64,000 bases of DNA. It comes from an uncultured Pseudomonadota bacterium (GTDB taxonomy: Bacteria; Oederibacteriota; Muellerivitia; Muellerivitales; Muellerivitaceae). A program made the translations under genes and the position numbers. The stretch covers positions 160,001-224,000 of the forward strand of contig CAVYRH010000011.1 of NCBI GenBank assembly GCA_963770835.1, given 5' to 3'. The notes under the pieces are model-generated. The model was not told where the DNA came from. It saw only the letters and a program-made list of their open reading frames with translations, and searched no databases. Position 1 is the stretch's first letter. Each line of letters starts with the position of its first letter. Shown here piece after piece: positions 58,020 to 64,000 of the stretch.

Positions 58020-61000
58020 TCAGGGTTTCGGGGGGGGCTGCCGGAGCGTCTTGATGAAATTTTCCTCGGACAAGGGATGGCTGAAGATATAGCCTTGCAC
58101 GTGGTCGCAATCGTGGGATTTCAGGAAGCTCAACTGTCCCTCTGTTTCAACCCCTTCGGCCACCACGTCCAGTTTCAAGCTGTGGGCCAGGGCTACGACT
58201 GCGTTAACGATAGCGGCGTCGTTGGGGTCGGTGGTGATGTCCCGCACGAAAGATCGGTCGATCTTGAGAGTCTCCAAGGGGAACCTTTTCAGGTAGCTGA
58301 GGGAGGAATATCCCGTTCCGAAATCGTCCAGGGACAAATGGACGTGCATTTTCTTCAATTCGTTCAAGGCTGAAATGGTATAATCAGCGTTTTTCATGGC
58401 GATGGTTTCGGTTATTTCCAGGCCCAAGTACTGTGGATCCAGGCCCGTTTCCTGGAGAATTTGGGAAATGACGGCCACCAGGTTCCTTTGCTGGAATTGG
58501 CGTGCGGAGAGGTTAACCGACACGCAGACCTTTCCACACCCGGCATCCTGCCATTTTTTATTCTGGGCACAAACTTTCCGAATGACCCACTCGCCGATGG
58601 GGACGATCAGCCCGGTTTCCTCCGCAAGACCAATGAATTCGGTGGGAAAAACAAGCCCTAAGTCCGGATGTTGCCAGCGAACGAGAGCCTCCGCCCCAAT
58701 CATCTTCTGGGTTTTGAGGTCGATCTGGGGCTGGTAATAAACCACAAACTCTTCTTTTTCCAACGCCCGCCGCAGGCTGTTTTCCATGAGCAGTTGCTTG
58801 AAGGCACTCACATTCATGACCGAAGCGTAAAGCTGATAATTATTCCGACCCTGTTCCTTGGCCCGGTACATGGCAGTTTCGGCGTTTTTCAGGAGGATTT
58901 CGGAATTTTCCCCATCGTCGGGATAAAATGCCATTCCGATGCTGGTGGTGACGTGAAGGTCATGGTTGTTGAGTTTAAAGGGGGTCCCCAACAGTTCGAT
59001 GATTTTTTGGGCGTGGCGCGTGGATTCCTCAATGCTATTCACCTGGGGCAAGAGGAGGGTGAACTCGTCACCACCAAAGCGCGCGATTGTTTCGCTTTCG
59101 CTCAATACCCCCAAAAGTCGCTCAGCGACAGCCACCAGCAATTTGTCCCCCAGGACATGCCCCAGGGTTTCATTGATGTTCTTGAAGCGGTCCAGATCCA
59201 GAACGATGACGCCTAACATTTGCTTGTTCCGGTGTGCGTGCTTCATGGCTTGTTCCAGCCGGTCTTTGAAAAGGGTCCGATTAGGAAGATTGGTCAGGAC
59301 ATCGTAATAGGCCTGGCGGCGAATAGTTTCCTCGGCCCTTTTGCGGTCGGTGATATCCCGGGCTATTGCCTGCACGAAGCGTTTGCCTCCCCATTGGAAA
59401 ACATGGGCGTTGATCTCTGCTGGAATCTTCAAGCCGTTCTTCGCGATCGCAGCCTTCTCGAAAGTCACGTGTTCCTGTTGAAGAAGCTTCTTGAAACCCT
59501 TGGAAAGGTCGTTGAAGTCTTCGGGGTTGGAGATGTCGTAAATGGTCATCCGAAGCAATTCTTCCCGATTGTAACCCAGTTTGGCACAGGCGATGTCATT
59601 CACCTCGACGAATTTGCCGGGGGTTCCATCTTCGGAAAGAGCGAAAAGGAAAATTGAATCGATGGCGTTGTTGAATAAAACACGGAACTTTTCTTCGCTC
59701 CCCCTTAAAGCTTCCTCGTTTTGCCGCCGAACCACGGCGCTGGCGAACATCTCACCAGTGATCTTGAAAAGGGCGATGTCTTCTTCGGTCCAGCCTTTTT
59801 TCGACCGCAGGGTGCTGAAGGTTAGTATCCCAATCGGTCCTCCCCCCGAAACCATGGGAACCGCCACGATTGATTGAATACCCCGCAATTGTAAGAATTT
59901 CCGTTCCGCCGAGGCTTCCGCCGGAAGATCCTCCGGGGAGGAGATATACATTACGCTCATGTTTTTCAGTTTTTCGGAAAACCAGGGATAATCCGCAAGG
60001 ACAAAATCATCCTTCGCCTCCACTGGAGGCTGCACATCGGGCTTTTGCCATTCGAAGACCGGTCCTTTTAATTTGCCATTACTTTGGAAGAACATCCGGA
60101 TCCGGTCCACTTCGATGAACCGGCCAATGGATTGAAGGGCATTCTGGATGCCGGCATCAACCTTAGGGGGTGGCAGGTTGATGAAATGGGAAGACAAGGT
60201 GGTGATGAGTTTTTCGAATTCTACCCGCTGCTGAAGGGCGGCCTCCATCCTTCTCCGCTCGGTGACATCCATGGCGATGCCGATTACCTCCGCCACTTCC
60301 CCATTCGCGTTTCGGACGGGGGAAAAATGGGTTTCAAAAACCGCGGACCCTTCCTCAATCAACACCACGAAATTCTCGCCCGCGAGGGCTTGCCGAAGGC
60401 TTTGGATCATTTTGGGGTTTTCACGATAAATATCGAAGGCGGAGCGTCCGACCACCGATCCTGGACCCAATTGAAGGCCGTTCAGGGCGTTGCCTTCCGC
60501 CAGGGTGAAGAGGCCGTTACGGTCCATCGCGAACAAAGCGATGGGTGCACTGGTCACGACTGTTTTCAACCGCTCTTCGCTTTCCCGGAGGGCGGTTTGC
60601 GCTTTCTTATGGTCGGTCATGTCCGTCACCATCACCACCCGCGCTTTGCGACCCTCAAAATCAATGGGATGGGACACGACTTCCACATCAATCAGGTTTC
60701 CGTTTTGAAGCCGGTGCCGGATGGTTTCCTTGACGACGGAAAGGCCCTCTTTGAGTTCATCCACCTGCTTGAGAAGATCGGAAATTTCTTGGGGGGCCCG
60801 GAGATCCTTCAGGGTCAAAGAAAGAAACTGGCGCTCCGGATAGCCGTATTTCTGGACGGCGGCGGCGTTAACGGCCAGGATTTCAAGAGTTCCCAAGTCG
60901 TAAATCCACATGGGGTTGGGATTGCTGTGGAACAAAAGTTTGTATTGAAGTCCCTGGTGCACAAGGACTTCTTTCATTTTCTTTTGTTCGGTGACATTAC

Positions 61001-61361
61001 GGACGATGGAAACGACCCTATTTGGGGAATTGCCTTTGATGACGTTCACCGTCAATTCGATATCGACAAGTTTCCCCGATTTTTCCCGCATGATGGTCTC
61101 GTACTGCCCGGATGTCTTTCGGTTTTTAAGGTGGGTGTTGATTTTATCGCGGATTAATTCCCTGTTCTCTTGAGGAACAAGATCGAAGAAGGATGGGAGA
61201 GAAAGAAGTTCCTCCTCCGAGAATCCGGTAATTTCGCAAAAGGCTTCATTGGAGTAAATGATTCGAGGTAAATCCAAAAGGATAACACCCTCGCCGATCT
61301 CACTGACGGCTTTGAGGAGGACATCATCCAGAAAGGATTTAAGCTGATTTGGAACGTTCAA
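58020..61361 (-). CDS. PAS-PAS-PAS-GAF-PAS-GGDEF-EAL diguanylate cyclase/phosphodiesterase
   Basis: Four PAS/PAC units, one GAF, D.LT.LPNR, intact GGDEF, EALVRW, DDFGTGYSSL, AEGVE. Confidence 0.95.
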   Translation of the reverse strand: MNVPNQLKSFLDDVLLKAVSEIGEGVILLDLPRIIYSNEAFCEITGFSEEELLSLPSFFDLVPQENRELIRDKINTHLKNRKTSGQYETIMREKSGKLVDIELTVNVIKGNSPNRVVSIVRNVTEQKKMKEVLVHQGLQYKLLFHSNPNPMWIYDLGTLEILAVNAAAVQKYGYPERQFLSLTLKDLRAPQEISDLLKQVDELKEGLSVVKETIRHRLQNGNLIDVEVVSHPIDFEGRKARVVMVTDMTDHKKAQTALRESEERLKTVVTSAPIALFAMDRNGLFTLAEGNALNGLQLGPGSVVGRSAFDIYRENPKMIQSLRQALAGENFVVLIEEGSAVFETHFSPVRNANGEVAEVIGIAMDVTERRRMEAALQQRVEFEKLITTLSSHFINLPPPKVDAGIQNALQSIGRFIEVDRIRMFFQSNGKLKGPVFEWQKPDVQPPVEAKDDFVLADYPWFSEKLKNMSVMYISSPEDLPAEASAERKFLQLRGIQSIVAVPMVSGGGPIGILTFSTLRSKKGWTEEDIALFKITGEMFASAVVRRQNEEALRGSEEKFRVLFNNAIDSIFLFALSEDGTPGKFVEVNDIACAKLGYNREELLRMTIYDISNPEDFNDLSKGFKKLLQQEHVTFEKAAIAKNGLKIPAEINAHVFQWGGKRFVQAIARDITDRKRAEETIRRQAYYDVLTNLPNRTLFKDRLEQAMKHAHRNKQMLGVIVLDLDRFKNINETLGHVLGDKLLVAVAERLLGVLSESETIARFGGDEFTLLLPQVNSIEESTRHAQKIIELLGTPFKLNNHDLHVTTSIGMAFYPDDGENSEILLKNAETAMYRAKEQGRNNYQLYASVMNVSAFKQLLMENSLRRALEKEEFVVYYQPQIDLKTQKMIGAEALVRWQHPDLGLVFPTEFIGLAEETGLIVPIGEWVIRKVCAQNKKWQDAGCGKVCVSVNLSARQFQQRNLVAVISQILQETGLDPQYLGLEITETIAMKNADYTISALNELKKMHVHLSLDDFGTGYSSLSYLKRFPLETLKIDRSFVRDITTDPNDAAIVNAVVALAHSLKLDVVAEGVETEGQLSFLKSHDCDHVQGYIFSHPLSEENFIKTLRQPPPKP

Positions 61362-61444
61362 ATCGAACCCCTACAAGGGTTGTTGAAAGACCGGTCCATC
61401 ATACTACGAAGGAAAGGGAAATTCGAGAAAGATGCCCTTGTTGA

Positions 61445-62029
61445 TTAATGATTGAAATAGTCCGGTTCATTGCCCGGTTTCCATTTAATGTTGCACCCAA
61501 TGCTTGGTTTTTGGTCCTGCATAGGGGCTTTCCCCGCTAAAGCCGCGTCCAAGGCGGCCCGAAGGTCTTTCCCAGTGACGGGAAGGTCGTTTTTAGGCCG
61601 ACTGTCATCGAGCTGGCCCCGATAGACCAATTTTCTTTCTTGGTCGAAAAGGTAGAACTCCGGTGTACAGGCCGCCTTGTAGACCTTGGCGGTTTCTTGG
61701 GATTCGTCGTAACAAAGAAAAAAGTTGAATTTCAAGGTTCGAGACATTTCCCGGAGACTTTCGGGGGAGTCGTCGGGATAATGGTCCGCGTCATTCGAGC
61801 TGACGGCGATGATACCGACGTTTTTGGGCACATAATCAAAACCGACCTCGGCAAGCTGATCCTGCACATGTTTGACATAGGGGCAATGTCGGCAAATAAA
61901 CATCACCAGCAACAGCGTTTTTCCAGAAAAGTCTGTGAGAGAAAGTTTTTTTCCTGTGATGACGTCGGTTAGGTTGAATTCAGGCGCTTCGGTTCCTAAA
62001 GGTAACATCGTGGATGGTGTAGCGCTCAT
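61445..62029 (-). CDS. Thioredoxin-family (AhpC/TSA, peroxiredoxin-like) protein
   Basis: MFICRHCPYV, YPDDS, A.CTP.FYLFD, YRGQLDDSRP, PSIGCNIKW. Confidence 0.9.
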   Translation of the reverse strand: MSATPSTMLPLGTEAPEFNLTDVITGKKLSLTDFSGKTLLLVMFICRHCPYVKHVQDQLAEVGFDYVPKNVGIIAVSSNDADHYPDDSPESLREMSRTLKFNFFLCYDESQETAKVYKAACTPEFYLFDQERKLVYRGQLDDSRPKNDLPVTGKDLRAALDAALAGKAPMQDQKPSIGCNIKWKPGNEPDYFNH

Positions 62030-62038
62030 AATCCCTCC

Positions 62039-62362
62039 TTATTTCTTCTTGCGAATAGTTTGATCGGACTGTTGCGATACTTCCCTCTGATCCGTCACTT
62101 CTTCCTGGGAACCATCGGTACTTTGTCCCTTCGTGGAAATTCCCTTTTTACTTTTCCGGTGACGACGTTGGGATGTTTTTCGGGCCAGCTTTGAGGAATG
62201 GGTGGGCTTGCTAGGTTTCTGAGCGGGAGAGTTTAAGGATGAACTGGTTCCCTGAGCGTATAGGTTTTCATTTTCTGAAAAGGCTTGGCGGGGAGAGTGT
62301 AGGATGACCGCAAGCAAAAAGACGAAACAAAAACAGATTTGCTTTAGTTGAGGAAATTTCAT
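62039..62362 (-). CDS. Small hypothetical exported, low-complexity basic protein
   Basis: Signal-peptide-like N-terminus (AFS), Ser/Lys-rich remainder; GGGG SD-like sequence upstream. Confidence 0.5.
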   Translation of the reverse strand: MKFPQLKQICFCFVFLLAVILHSPRQAFSENENLYAQGTSSSLNSPAQKPSKPTHSSKLARKTSQRRHRKSKKGISTKGQSTDGSQEEVTDQREVSQQSDQTIRKKK

Positions 62363-62461
62363 TTAAAACACCCCGCTTTTAGAATTCGTGATGTTTGTTA
62401 TAAGGGAAAAAACGTTGGGGAATCAAGAAGGATGAACCCTTGGGTTCTTGACCCAGGCCTT

Positions 62462-62537
62462 TGGTGAGTCGTCCGGGAATCGAACCCGGGACACCCACAT
62501 TAAAAGTGTGGTGCTCTACCAACTGAGCTAACGACTC
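62462..62537 (-). tRNA. tRNA-Lys (UUU)
   Basis: GAGTCGT/ACGACTC acceptor stem, CCACA-CTTTTAA-TGTGG anticodon arm, GGTTCGATTCC, encoded CCA. Confidence 0.95.
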
Positions 62538-62602
62538 ACCCAAGGTCCAGGAGAAGGCTCAAAAAATATACTTTTTGCCGCTGAATTGCAAAGTAAAAGT
62601 GG

Positions 62603-64000
<1,398 letters not shown>

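Noticed and set aside
57963..61173. Plus-strand ORFs antisense to the GGDEF-EAL gene (e.g. 60084..61157, 357 aa)
   Set aside because: They lie opposite a well-supported gene and have no independent motif or SD support.

Overview
Bacterial chromosomal segment of roughly 50-55% GC (by eye). It comes from a diderm organism, since it encodes TonB/ExbBD, outer-membrane barrel proteins and lipoproteins. Most genes are on the minus strand. Core housekeeping genes dominate: apt, an RpoS/RpoD-family sigma factor, acyP, merR-ihf, gpsA-plsY-der, rpsA, plsC, aroF, pheA-hisC-tyrA-aroA-cmk, glyA, argS, yqeK, rnr-smpB, purA and four tRNAs (Pro-GGG, Pro-CGG, Leu-CAG, Lys-UUU). Poorly characterised envelope genes are interspersed. 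These are: (i) a giant TPR protein + short TonB-box barrel + exbB-exbD-tonB operon preceded by a candidate three-way-junction RNA; (ii) a PorV/FadL-like barrel fused to three FlgD-like repeats and an OmpA-like domain; (iii) a secreted protein with a T9SS-CTD-like C-terminus; (iv) a FabD homologue lacking both catalytic residues; (v) a coupled GT-C glycosyltransferase / glycoside hydrolase pair; (vi) orphan tadB-tadC; and (vii) two TolB-like lipoproteins. Four apparent single-base insertions between 8.1 and 17.9 kb split or extend genes and are probably assembly errors. I saw no CRISPR array, rRNA, transposase or integrase. All calls come from motif recognition by eye, with no database searches.
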